Made by a program: the position numbers and the translations under genes. 64,000 nucleotides of DNA, taken from Spirochaetales bacterium. GTDB lineage: Bacteria; Bacillota; Clostridia; Christensenellales; UBA1242. A model generated the notes under the pieces. It was not told the DNA's origin, ran no database searches, and worked only from the letters and a program-made list of their open reading frames with translations. Position 1 is the first letter of the stretch. Each line of letters begins with the position of its first letter. Of this stretch, positions 26,595-36,264 are shown one piece after another. Location: assembly GCA_050178795.1 (NCBI GenBank), contig JBFXFT010000003.1, positions 75,264-139,263 of the forward strand, given 5' to 3'.

Positions 26595-28058
26595 TTAACT
26601 AAATATGTCGCTTATATCGTCATTTTCATCAATTGGCACAATGTCAGGTAAATCTTTTGCCTTTACTGAGCCCTTAATTGGTGGAAGTGTAGATTCTAGT
26701 GAGCCCATATCGCTATTTTTATTGATATCCATAAATGTTGTGTGCTCTTCAACAAATTTTAGTTTTATTGTATCTAGTGAACCATTTCTATGCTTTGCAA
26801 TAATTAAATCAATAATTCCTTGCTTTGCCTCGCCATCTTTTAAATATAGGTCAGGGTTATGTAGGAACATTACTATGTCTGCATCTTGCTCTATTGCACC
26901 ACTCTCGCGAAGGTCTGAAAGTATTGGTCTGCCACCGCTACGTCCTTCAACAGCACGTGAAAGTTGAGAAAGTACCAAAATCGGAACATTTAGTTCCCTC
27001 GCTGCTACTTTTAGCATACGAGACATTTCGCTAACTTCTTGTTGTCTATTTTCTTTATTTTTGCTGCCAGAACTCATAAGTTGCAAATAGTCAATCATAA
27101 CTAAGTCAAGTCCATGCTCGCGCTTTAGCCTGCGGCACTTGCTTAAAATTTGAACTGGCGTGTTAAGTGAACTGTCGTCAACATAAATGGTCGCTTGGCT
27201 AAGCCTTTTGTTTGCCTCCCATAAAGCCTCCCACTCTTTAACGCTTAATTCGCCCTTTAAAGCCTTCTCCATGCTTACAAAGGCAGTGGAACAAAGTGAA
27301 CGTTGAGCAAGTTGCTCTTTTGGCATTTCAAGCGAGAATACGGCGCATTTGGCTTTGCCTTTTATTGCCGCGTTATTTACTATATTCATAGCAAAACTTG
27401 TTTTACCTACTGCTGGTCTAGCGGCTAGTAACACTAGGTCGCCATTTTGTAGACCATTTGTGACTTTATCAAGACCATAAAAGCCAGTCAAAACGCCTTT
27501 TAGTGAGTTAGGGTCTTTTTGTATTTTTTCAAACTTTTCTATTACTGTTTCTAGCGCCTCTTTAAAGTGCACTAAATTAGATATCTCTTCGTTTTGTGCT
27601 AGGTCAAAAATCTTTTTCTCTGCAAAGGTTATTGCGCTTTCCTTATCTTCGCTTGCGAATGTGTTTTCAATAATCTCTTCACTCGCCTTAATAAGGTCTC
27701 TTAAAACGCCATATTTTTTTACCATATTTAAGTAAGTCTTATAATTTGCAGCACTTGGCACAATGTTTGATAGAGTTGTAATATAGTTAAGTCCGCCAAC
27801 GTCCGTCAAAGAGCCAAGTTCCTCTAATTTTGCAACTAGAGTAACAAAGTCAACTGGTTGATTTTTTTTGTAAGTGTCATACATTGCACTAAAAATAATC
27901 TTGTGAGCGGAAGAGTAAAAGTCCCTATCCTTTAATGTATGCATAATTGTAATTTGCGCTTCGCCCTCATCAATAAGCACACAGCCCAATACTGCTTGTT
28001 CGCTCTCTATAGAGTGAGGTAAAACCCTCGCTTTAATTTTTTCGCTACTACTTGCCAT
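26595..28058 (-). CDS. dnaB: replicative DNA helicase DnaB
   Basis: N-terminal PHSIESEQAVLG, Walker A ARPAVGKTSFA, and a RecA-like C-domain. About 45 aa of extra acidic C-terminal tail follow. Confidence 0.95.
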   Translation of the reverse strand: MASSSEKIKARVLPHSIESEQAVLGCVLIDEGEAQITIMHTLKDRDFYSSAHKIIFSAMYDTYKKNQPVDFVTLVAKLEELGSLTDVGGLNYITTLSNIVPSAANYKTYLNMVKKYGVLRDLIKASEEIIENTFASEDKESAITFAEKKIFDLAQNEEISNLVHFKEALETVIEKFEKIQKDPNSLKGVLTGFYGLDKVTNGLQNGDLVLLAARPAVGKTSFAMNIVNNAAIKGKAKCAVFSLEMPKEQLAQRSLCSTAFVSMEKALKGELSVKEWEALWEANKRLSQATIYVDDSSLNTPVQILSKCRRLKREHGLDLVMIDYLQLMSSGSKNKENRQQEVSEMSRMLKVAARELNVPILVLSQLSRAVEGRSGGRPILSDLRESGAIEQDADIVMFLHNPDLYLKDGEAKQGIIDLIIAKHRNGSLDTIKLKFVEEHTTFMDINKNSDMGSLESTLPPIKGSVKAKDLPDIVPIDENDDISDIFS

Positions 28059-28070
28059 AATTTAACACCT

Positions 28071-28274
28071 TTACTTTTTATTTTTAGTAATTTTTTTGTA
28101 TCTAATCAATTCTACCACACTAACAACGACTAAGCCAATTAAAACATATATAGAAATTTTAGTAAAATCGCCTGCGTTAGTAAGCACGCCATCCAAGTAA
28201 ATAAATAGCGGAATCAATAATAAAAACTCAATAAAAGCTCTTTTATAAAACTGAACTAATTGTCTTTTATTCAT
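28071..28274 (-). CDS. small two-TM membrane protein
   Basis: 67 aa with two hydrophobic segments, tightly packed between typA and dnaB. Confidence 0.5.
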   Translation of the reverse strand: MNKRQLVQFYKRAFIEFLLLIPLFIYLDGVLTNAGDFTKISIYVLIGLVVVSVVELIRYKKITKNKK

Positions 28275-28284
28275 AAATTACTCC

Positions 28285-30111
28285 TTAATTCTTTTTAAAA
28301 AATGGTTTATTTGCCTTCATTCTTAAATCGTGATCTAGAATTGTTTTTCTTATTCTTAAACTCTTTGGCGTAACTTCAAGTAATTCGTCATCTGCCAAAA
28401 ACTCTAAACACTCTTCCAAACTAAATACTCTTGGTGGAATAAGTCTAAGTGCGTCATCGCTTCCGCTTGCACGCATATTGCTTAGTTGCTTTCTCTTGCA
28501 TACATTTACTACTAAGTCAATGTTTTTAGGGTTAAAGCCAACTATCATTCCCATATAAACTGGTACGTTTGCGCCAATAAATAGTGTTCCTCTTTCTTGA
28601 GCGTTATATAGACCATAAACTATGCTCTCGCCATTTTCAAAGGCTATTAAACTGCCAGTGTTTCTTCTTTCAATATCTCCTTTATATGGCTCGTAGCCGT
28701 GGTGAACTGAACTCATAATTCCTTCGCCCTTAGTAAGTGTTAAAAACTCACTTTTAAAGCCAAACAAACCTCTACTTGGAATTAAAAACTCTAACTTCAT
28801 ACGATTGCCATGTGGCATCATAGATGCAAGTTCGCCCTTGCGCTCGCCCATTTTGTTCATAATTGAACCCATAGTGTCTTCTGGTATGTCTATTACAAAG
28901 CGGTCAATAGGCTCATATTTTACGCCATCAATTTCTTTATATAACACCCTTGGCATACTTACTTGAAGTTCGTAGCCCTCACGGCGCATATTTTCAATTA
29001 AAATGCTTAGGTGCATCTCTCCGCGTCCGCTAACAATAAAACTCTCTGGTCGGTCTGTATCTTTAACCTTTAATGACAAGTCTTTTATTGACTCTTTATA
29101 TAACCTTTCTCTCAAATGCCTGCTCGTTACAAATTTGCCTTCTCTGCCTGCAAATGGGCTGTCGTTTACGCTAAAAGTCATCTCTACGCTTGGTTCGCTT
29201 ATGTCTACAAATGGTAGAGCCTCTTCAAAACCTGTTAAGCATATTGTATTACCTATTTTAACATCATCACTGCCTGCAATGCAAACAATGTCGCCTGCTT
29301 CTAACTCTGTTACTGGCTCTTTTTTTAGACCAGAAAACTCAAAAAGTTTTGTTACTTTGGTCTTTATTGGGGCTTGTTTGTTGTAGTAGTCAAGTATTGT
29401 AATTGAATCGTTAAGTTTTACTACGCCTTTTTCAATTTTGCCTATTGCAAGTTTACCAACATAGTCGTTAGGCTCGGTTGCCGAAACAAGCATTTGGAAG
29501 TTGCCATTAATATCACCCTTTGGCGCTGGCATATACTCAACAATTTTGTCTAAAAGTGGAAGTAGGTTTTGCCCTAACTCCTTCTTTTCACTCGCTACAC
29601 CAAGTGAAGCAGATGTGTAAATAAATGGGCTATCTAATTGCTCGTCTGTTGCGTGAAGGTCTATTAAAAGTTCTAGAACTTCGTCCTCTACTGCATTTAA
29701 TCTTGCAGACGGTTTGTCTATTTTGTTTACTACTACTATTACTTTTAAATCAAGCGCTAGTGCCTTTTCAAGCACGAAACGAGTTTGTGGCATAGGGCCC
29801 TCGTAGGCGTCAACTACAAGTAAAACGCCGTCCACCATTTTTAGTGCACGTTCTACCTCTCCGCCAAAGTCTGCGTGACCTGGGGTATCTACAATATTTA
29901 CCTTTATGCCTTTATATTTAAAAGCCGCGTTTTTAGCAAGAATTGTAATTCCTCTTTCTCTTTCCAGGTCATTACTATCCATTACTCTGTCTATTACTTC
30001 TTGATTCTCTCTAAAAACACCGCTTTGTTTTAATATTTCATTAACTAGTGACGTTTTGCCATGGTCTACATGGGCTATTATTGCAATGTTTCTTATGTTG
30101 TTGTTTATCAA
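28285..30111 (-). CDS. typA: translational GTPase TypA/BipA
   Basis: IAIIAHVDHGKTSL, DTPGHADF and NKID G-motifs. The length and C-terminal domain are typical. It starts at a TTG with an AGAGGA Shine-Dalgarno. Confidence 0.95.
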   Translation of the reverse strand: MINNNIRNIAIIAHVDHGKTSLVNEILKQSGVFRENQEVIDRVMDSNDLERERGITILAKNAAFKYKGIKVNIVDTPGHADFGGEVERALKMVDGVLLVVDAYEGPMPQTRFVLEKALALDLKVIVVVNKIDKPSARLNAVEDEVLELLIDLHATDEQLDSPFIYTSASLGVASEKKELGQNLLPLLDKIVEYMPAPKGDINGNFQMLVSATEPNDYVGKLAIGKIEKGVVKLNDSITILDYYNKQAPIKTKVTKLFEFSGLKKEPVTELEAGDIVCIAGSDDVKIGNTICLTGFEEALPFVDISEPSVEMTFSVNDSPFAGREGKFVTSRHLRERLYKESIKDLSLKVKDTDRPESFIVSGRGEMHLSILIENMRREGYELQVSMPRVLYKEIDGVKYEPIDRFVIDIPEDTMGSIMNKMGERKGELASMMPHGNRMKLEFLIPSRGLFGFKSEFLTLTKGEGIMSSVHHGYEPYKGDIERRNTGSLIAFENGESIVYGLYNAQERGTLFIGANVPVYMGMIVGFNPKNIDLVVNVCKRKQLSNMRASGSDDALRLIPPRVFSLEECLEFLADDELLEVTPKSLRIRKTILDHDLRMKANKPFFKKN

Positions 30112-30240
30112 TTTTTGTTTCCTCTCTTTTTAACCTCTCCATTCTAGCACAATTATGGGAAAAGTAAAATACTTTTTTTATAAAGCCAATAAAAAGTGGA
30201 AACATTGCTCCACTCTTCAAAATTATTTGTTAAAACGCTT

Positions 30241-31122
30241 TTAATCGTTTTTTAGTTCACCGTCATTATTGTCTTCAATAACTTTAAATTCTGCAACTTC
30301 TTGAATGTTATTCTTTTTGTTTTCAATATAGTTTTGCGCCTTATATTTAACAAATAAGAATGCTATGAATACGCCTGTCAAAACTAACGCCCCAACATAC
30401 CACCATAGTGGCACAATTTGATACTCATAAAATTCAATTTGCATGTCTAAATTGTCAGATGGAACACTCCATTCGTGCACCTTTAAACCATTTGAACTAT
30501 AGTAAACTCTGTCCGCGTTGCTCCTAATTTTTGTTGAAGCAGTAGCGTAGGAATATGTAAAATTTACATCACTTAAATCAAAAGTTTCTGTTCCATTTGC
30601 TGGGTCAGAAAAGTAGTCAAGTAAAGACGCTGTTAGGCTTGAACTGCCAACGTTGTTGAAGGCTGTATGACTAATTGTTGTCGTTTTAATGTAAAAAATT
30701 TTGTCCTCTACAATCGTGTTTTCTGGGTCTGGCTCAGGCTCTTCAAGTTGCCCATAAAAATACCTATAATTTGTGTAACTATCAAACAAGAAACTTATTG
30801 AAACAATGTTGTCTGAAACGACATAATTTCTTATGCCTTGCATTATTACATTTTTTTCAAAAATTGTAAGCCCATCGTCTCTATTAATAAAAGCGTTAAC
30901 TAAATTTGACCTAACCGTTTGAAAACTGCTTTCAACCTCTGTAAGTACATCTCCATAAGTGTAGCCAGCGGCAACTATTTGCGCCTCATCTAGTTCAACA
31001 TAAAAGCCCTCTAAAATACTGCCATTATCGTAAACATTTACTTGATAAAAAGCATCGGCGCAACCAGCCAAAGAAAAAACAGAAAATATTAAAATTAGTA
31101 TAGCGCTAAATTTTTTAATCAT
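30241..31122 (-). CDS. lipoprotein with additional C-terminal TM helix
   Basis: Lipobox VFSLAGC and the C-terminal hydrophobic segment LWWYVGALVLTGVFIAFLFV. Confidence 0.75.
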   Translation of the reverse strand: MIKKFSAILILIFSVFSLAGCADAFYQVNVYDNGSILEGFYVELDEAQIVAAGYTYGDVLTEVESSFQTVRSNLVNAFINRDDGLTIFEKNVIMQGIRNYVVSDNIVSISFLFDSYTNYRYFYGQLEEPEPDPENTIVEDKIFYIKTTTISHTAFNNVGSSSLTASLLDYFSDPANGTETFDLSDVNFTYSYATASTKIRSNADRVYYSSNGLKVHEWSVPSDNLDMQIEFYEYQIVPLWWYVGALVLTGVFIAFLFVKYKAQNYIENKKNNIQEVAEFKVIEDNNDGELKND

Positions 31123-31203
31123 AAATTGTGTGTCCTCGTATTGTCATTATATAACATTTTTTAAAAATAAGAAAATAAAAAGTAACAATCGCCCTATATA
31201 AAA

Positions 31204-31234
31204 ACTAAAAAGAAAATTAACTTCTCTTTTTAGT
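31204..31234 (-). terminator. hairpin terminator after the zinc-ribbon gene
   Basis: actaaaaaga-(11 nt)-tctttttagt, a 10-bp AT-rich stem. Confidence 0.45.
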
Positions 31235-31254
31235 CTTTTAACATATTAATACTT

Positions 31255-32337
31255 TTACGGTAACATATTTCCGCCAAGCAATGGTACTAAAAAGTTTAAA
31301 CCAATGATTGCCGCCAAAATAAATAATACAAACAATATAATTTTTATTGCAGAACGAGGTACTTTGCCAGTAACCTTGCCCGTGTTACCATTAATAAAAA
31401 AATTGTAAAGTTTTTCCTTATAGTAGTAGTTACAAACCCAAATAGGTAAAAGCAAGTATGAATACTTATTATTTTTATGTACCATATCCATATCTAGGTA
31501 TCTTACCCTCTCTGCATTATGCCTTCTAAGTATTCTAGTGGTTATTGCGCTTTTCATATACATAATTGCCGTTTTCCACGCCTCGGTTGAATTTATGCTG
31601 TAATGGTTTGCCGCAAAACCAGCCAAATAGTTTTTATCGTAAATACGTAGGGTCTTAAAATTGAATGGTTGTAACCTTTCAAAACTTACCCTATCAATTT
31701 TTTGACCTACTGGCACCAAAACATCTACAAAATCGTCGTCTCTACTGCCTTTAACTGGTATTGATACGGTATAGGTTTCCATTTTGCCGTCGTGACCTGT
31801 CCTTGTCTCTGTCCTTTCTAGAACACCCTTATAGTCGGTATGCACATTGCTATCGTAACTCCAAGTTGGAGTATAAACACCGCTAAAAACATTTATGCGC
31901 GCCTTTGTCTTTAAGTCGTTTGGAGTAAACCACTTCTTCTTTAACCACGCCATAAAATTTGAAGTTGCCTTTTTCTCAGTAACGCTAAAAGGCAAAACTC
32001 CATTCGGTTTTAAACCTGGAAGTTCGGTCGCTGGAATAATTTTACTTGAGCCACAAAAACTGCATTTATGCGCTATGTTTTTACTATTTACTACTTCTTT
32101 TGCACCACAGTTTTCGCACTTAATAAGTACGCTCTCATTGTCCCAACTTTGAAACTCTTTTTCTACATTGTCAAAGTCTTTTTTTATTACAGGTTCGTCA
32201 CTAGCAAAGTCTATTACACTGCCACATTGAACGCATTTTAAAACTTGAAGTTCTGGATTAAACTCCATACTTCCGCCACAACTAGCGCATTTAACATCGC
32301 CACTACTTTTGCTTTTTAAATTATATTCGTCTATCAT
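31255..32337 (-). CDS. double zinc-ribbon protein with C-terminal TM anchor (YdjG-like)
   Basis: CASCGG-x16-CVQCGS and CENCGA-x14-CSFCGS ribbons, a domain of about 200 aa, then a C-terminal TM. Confidence 0.8.
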   Translation of the reverse strand: MIDEYNLKSKSSGDVKCASCGGSMEFNPELQVLKCVQCGSVIDFASDEPVIKKDFDNVEKEFQSWDNESVLIKCENCGAKEVVNSKNIAHKCSFCGSSKIIPATELPGLKPNGVLPFSVTEKKATSNFMAWLKKKWFTPNDLKTKARINVFSGVYTPTWSYDSNVHTDYKGVLERTETRTGHDGKMETYTVSIPVKGSRDDDFVDVLVPVGQKIDRVSFERLQPFNFKTLRIYDKNYLAGFAANHYSINSTEAWKTAIMYMKSAITTRILRRHNAERVRYLDMDMVHKNNKYSYLLLPIWVCNYYYKEKLYNFFINGNTGKVTGKVPRSAIKIILFVLFILAAIIGLNFLVPLLGGNMLP

Positions 32338-32404
32338 TTTTACCCATCTATTAAAAAGTGTTAAATCTAGTTAACACTTTTTGTTTTTATTTTTTAAAAT
32401 TTTG

Positions 32405-33400
32405 TTATAGTTTTGCGCCACAGTTAGAACAGAATTTTGCATTTTTTCTAACCTTTGTACCGCACTCAGAACAGAATTTTCCGTCAGCATCTGTACTAGC
32501 TGCTGCCTCTTGTTTTACAGGCTCAGCAGGTTTTGAAGATTGTTTTAGTGCCTCTGCCATTGTTTGACCAAGTGCAACGCCAGCCCCAAGACCAACGCCT
32601 GCAGTTGCCATGCCACCAGAAGGGTTTTGTGCCGCTTCACGCATTGCTTGTGCTGCTTGATATTTAACAAAAGTATCCATTTTGTCGCTCATAATACCCA
32701 TAGAAGAACGAGTATCTAGTGCTTTTTCTACTTCCTCTGGGAAAGAAATGTTTTCAACAACTAGGTTGATAAGTTCAAGTCCCATTGCCTCAAATTTGTC
32801 TCCAATTTGAGCCTTTGTCATATCGTTAAATTCTAGTAAGTTTGCTGCTAGGTCAAGTGCACTAATTTTGCTCTCTGCAATAGTGTCGCTTATGCCAGAA
32901 ACTATTATTGTTTTTAGGTAGTTTGCAATGTCCTCTGTCTTAAAAGTTGAACTTGTACCGAATAATTCTTTTAATAAAACGCCTGCGTCTTTTACTCTAA
33001 AACTGTATGCGCCAAAGCCCCTTATTCTTATTGTTCCAAACTCTTTGTCCCTCATTGCTATTGGGTTGGTTGTGCCCCATTTTTGGTTTGTAAATTGTTT
33101 TGTGTTTACAAAATAAACCTCAGAGAAGAAAGGTGATTCAAAACCATATTTCCAAGAATTCAAAATTGTCAATAATGGTAAGTTCCTAGCGTCAAGTTTA
33201 TGCATGCCTGGTCCAAAAATATCGGCAATTTTGCCTTTATCTACGAACACTGCAACTTGGCTTTCGCGAACTGTTAGTTTTGAGCCCATCATTATTCTTT
33301 TGCCTTCCATTGGGAATCTATACACCAATGTATCGGTTGAGTCGTCAGTCCATTCTATAACCTTAAGTAGTTGTCCTTTTATGAAATTAATTACTCCCAT
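32405..33400 (-). CDS. SPFH/band-7 family protein with C-terminal zinc ribbon (YdjI-like)
   Basis: N-terminal MGVINFIKGQLLKVIEWTDD...GSKLTVRESQVAVFV...FRVKD pattern of the YdjI/'virion core protein-like' SPFH group. The C-terminus is CSECGTKVRKNAKFCSNCG. Confidence 0.85.
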   Translation of the reverse strand: MGVINFIKGQLLKVIEWTDDSTDTLVYRFPMEGKRIMMGSKLTVRESQVAVFVDKGKIADIFGPGMHKLDARNLPLLTILNSWKYGFESPFFSEVYFVNTKQFTNQKWGTTNPIAMRDKEFGTIRIRGFGAYSFRVKDAGVLLKELFGTSSTFKTEDIANYLKTIIVSGISDTIAESKISALDLAANLLEFNDMTKAQIGDKFEAMGLELINLVVENISFPEEVEKALDTRSSMGIMSDKMDTFVKYQAAQAMREAAQNPSGGMATAGVGLGAGVALGQTMAEALKQSSKPAEPVKQEAAASTDADGKFCSECGTKVRKNAKFCSNCGAKL

Positions 33401-33526
33401 CGTTTTCTCCTATCAAATTAAAATTAAAGGTTCATAATTAGCCTTTAAAAAAGTATACCACAAATTAATTTTAAAAAGCAATTTAAAAGAGTTGCAAACT
33501 TATTTTTTTTAATCTACAATTAAACT

Positions 33527-34225
33527 ATGGAAAATGTATATCAAACAGGAAAAATAGAAAGAAAATTCTATATTCAAAAAAAGAAAGATTTTGCCCGTAC
33601 TTTTGACATAATGAAGCATATGCCTAGTTTTGCCGTGTATGAAAGAGGCAACGAAACTTTTACTGACTATTACTACGAAACAGAGGACAAGTTCTTGGAG
33701 GAAATGGGCGTAACTGTAAGGCGTAGAGTATTAAAGGACAAACAAATAATATCGGTAAAGTATGACGACAAAATTTTAGACAAGCAAGACTCTATGTACC
33801 AACAACCAGTTCATGAGCAAGAAGTTCCTTTAAATGAGGAGTTTTTGAATAAGGAAAACCTTCTTTTTATTGAGGACAAACTAAATGTAATATTCGGCGC
33901 AAGACTTCAAATTGATATTTTAAGAAAACTAAATGAAATGCGCGTAGTTTATACGGTAAAAACAAAAAGGCAAACTCAAGAGGTCGTTCACAACTCTGGC
34001 TTTAAGGCCTTTATCTACTTTGATGAGGTACTATACACCAATGTCGCAAAAGAAATAACTTACAACGACCTAATTTTGGAAGTACATATGACGAGCGTAG
34101 GCACTCAATTTAACTTAACTTTGCTTGACTTCTTTGTTGACGAACTAAGGAAGAAAATGATACTAGTTCCAATGACAGATAGCACCTATATTGCAGCAAA
34201 ACTATTTACAAGGTTTAAAAAATAA
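33527..34225 (+). CDS. CYTH-like domain protein
   Basis: The N-terminal GKIERKFYI matches the E-x-E-x-K CYTH signature, and VTVRRR is a later basic strand. The remainder is unassigned. Confidence 0.6.
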   Translation: MENVYQTGKIERKFYIQKKKDFARTFDIMKHMPSFAVYERGNETFTDYYYETEDKFLEEMGVTVRRRVLKDKQIISVKYDDKILDKQDSMYQQPVHEQEVPLNEEFLNKENLLFIEDKLNVIFGARLQIDILRKLNEMRVVYTVKTKRQTQEVVHNSGFKAFIYFDEVLYTNVAKEITYNDLILEVHMTSVGTQFNLTLLDFFVDELRKKMILVPMTDSTYIAAKLFTRFKK

Positions 34226-34235
34226 ATTAAAAATA

Positions 34236-34260
34236 AAAAGTGGCAAACGCCACTTTTTTT
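34236..34260. terminator. bidirectional terminator
   Basis: aaagtggc-aaac-gccacttt plus a T-run. Confidence 0.7.
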
Positions 34261-34286
34261 ATGCACTAAAATTTATTTATTAAAAA

Positions 34287-34901
34287 TTATTTTAAACTCG
34301 CAATCTCCCACAAATAAAAACTTGCTAGAGTATTATATGGGTCAAATTTTTGCCTGCAATCTTCAAAAAATGCTGGCGTAACCTCGTCAATGTTCCCCTT
34401 TTGATAAAGTTTCATTAAGCCCTTTCTTATTCCTAAGTCCTTGTAACTCAAAACGTTCGTATGACCCACACTAAAAATAAGTAACATCTCTGCCGTCCAC
34501 TCGCCAACTCCTTTTAGTTTAACTAGTTCCTCGGTTAGTTCTTTATCATCAAGGGTTTTTAAATTACTTTCTGTAATTTTGCCAGTTGCAAAACTGTCTG
34601 CAATAGACCTAATATAACCCCTTTTTTGAGGTCCTAAACCAATAAATGCAAAGTCCTCGTCTGTAAGTGCAAGCAAATTTTGTGGAGTAACTGCACCTAT
34701 TTTTTCATATAGTCTATTTGTAATTGCGGTCGCCGCTTTACCACTTATTTGTTGTGCTATCATAGCGCCTATTATGCTTTCAAAAATGTTTGGGTTTATT
34801 GTCTTTTTTAATATTCCAAACTGTGCTATATATTCTTTAAAAAGAGGCTCTCTTTTTATTAAATTTTGTAGGTCTTCTTCCGTAATTTTATATGTTTTCA
34901 T
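34287..34901 (-). CDS. HhH-GPD DNA glycosylase (AlkA / 3-methyladenine glycosylase II-like)
   Basis: LKGVGEWTAEMLLIF hairpin-helix plus a downstream KDLGIRKG Asp. The start is set at MKTYKI, after GGAGAG. Confidence 0.85.
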   Translation of the reverse strand: MKTYKITEEDLQNLIKREPLFKEYIAQFGILKKTINPNIFESIIGAMIAQQISGKAATAITNRLYEKIGAVTPQNLLALTDEDFAFIGLGPQKRGYIRSIADSFATGKITESNLKTLDDKELTEELVKLKGVGEWTAEMLLIFSVGHTNVLSYKDLGIRKGLMKLYQKGNIDEVTPAFFEDCRQKFDPYNTLASFYLWEIASLK

Positions 34902-34926
34902 AGTCTCTCCAAACTTTTTTATTAAC

Positions 34927-34958
34927 AAAAAACCTAAAATTAAAGACTTTAGGTTTTT
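34927..34958 (-). terminator. terminator after the lipoprotein gene
   Basis: aacctaaa-(9 nt)-tttaggtt with a T-run on the minus strand. Confidence 0.55.
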
Positions 34959-34966
34959 AAAATTTA

Positions 34967-36124
34967 TTACTCAATAACTGCCGTCCACACAGCATAAACC
35001 GTCAAACTGCTAGTCACCACTGTATCCTCGTTAACAACCGTTCCTGTGCCGTCGCCAAGCGTGTTCCAGCCCTCAAAAATATAACCGTCAAGTGTTGGAT
35101 TATTTGGCATATTTGAAGCACCTATACTGCTACCAGAGGTTATATTAATTACTGTGTTAACAGTGCTTCCATCATTCATAAAGGTTATGATATAACTTGC
35201 AGAAACGCCCTCACTAAACCTAGCGTACAAAATTCTGTTACTACTTATTGAAATGTTATAAATTGCATTAGTAGATAGCAAATATCCGCCCATTGCCTCG
35301 GTGTACCAACCAGTAAAAGTATAGCCACTTTTTGCAGCTGCTATTACTGTGCCTGTCATACCAGTGTAATAGTTATAGATGTCGTTTTCATCAGCATTTA
35401 AACTATTTGATGAGGCTTTTACTGTGCCGCCTATATCGTCAAGCATATTATTCGTGTAAGCATAAACGGTTATAACGTACATATTTGGCGTCCATGCCGC
35501 GTATATTGTAATGTCCGCATATATTATACTCTCACCAGTAAAATTAGCACTTGTTGAGCCACTATTTGTAGACCAACCAGCAAAGACATAACCACCTCTA
35601 GTTGGGTTTGTTGGCATATTTTCTATTCCTATGCTACTTCCTTCTTCTATTTGGAAAACCGCATATTCAGAGTTTGCAGGAGTAGTAAAAGTAACCTCAT
35701 AAACATCGTCTGTTTCGCTGACTATAAAATTTGCATAAAATGAAACATCTTCACTTGCAACAAAACTGTATGTTAAGTCTAATGTAACAAATTGCGTTAA
35801 ATTAATGTCGGAATACCAACCCAAAAACTCGTACCCTAGCCTTGGGGTTGCAAGTAGGGTTACAGTGCCCTCTTCTAAGACCATAGTCGTCTCATAATAT
35901 GTTGTGTTTTCGCTAGAATTTATTGTAACTATTCCTGCTTCATTATTTGTGTCAAGTACCCCATTATTAAAAGCCGAAACCTCTATTGAAATGTCTTTTA
36001 ATTTTGGGTGCCATTCATAAAAATCTTGATACTCACAGCCAGAAAAAAATGGTGTCAAAGCAAACAACATAAATAGCGCTAAAACCATTACTGCTTTTTT
36101 ATTTATCCTTTGCAATAGTCCCAT
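34967..36124 (-). CDS. lipoprotein with InlB-B-type and Listeria-Bacteroides (Flg_new-type) repeats
   Basis: Lipobox PFFSGC, GYEFLGWYS / GYTFTGWYT modules, and two GY(V/I)F(A/E)GW(S/N)T...YA(A/V)WT repeats. Confidence 0.85.
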   Translation of the reverse strand: MGLLQRINKKAVMVLALFMLFALTPFFSGCEYQDFYEWHPKLKDISIEVSAFNNGVLDTNNEAGIVTINSSENTTYYETTMVLEEGTVTLLATPRLGYEFLGWYSDINLTQFVTLDLTYSFVASEDVSFYANFIVSETDDVYEVTFTTPANSEYAVFQIEEGSSIGIENMPTNPTRGGYVFAGWSTNSGSTSANFTGESIIYADITIYAAWTPNMYVITVYAYTNNMLDDIGGTVKASSNSLNADENDIYNYYTGMTGTVIAAAKSGYTFTGWYTEAMGGYLLSTNAIYNISISSNRILYARFSEGVSASYIITFMNDGSTVNTVINITSGSSIGASNMPNNPTLDGYIFEGWNTLGDGTGTVVNEDTVVTSSLTVYAVWTAVIE

Positions 36125-36223
36125 TTAAACTTCTCCTTTAGGTCTTTTTTAGTCTATCATTTTATATTTAAAAACACAAATTAAAAAGGCGTATTTTTAC
36201 AAACTAAATCAATCTAATTGCAT

Positions 36224-36258
36224 AAAAAAACTTAAAACCGAAGTTTTAAGTTTTTGTT
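36224..36258 (-). terminator. terminator after the 575-aa lipoprotein gene
   Basis: aacttaaaac-cgaa-gttttaagtt, a perfect 10-bp stem plus a T-run. Confidence 0.6.
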
Positions 36259-36264
36259 TTTTGG

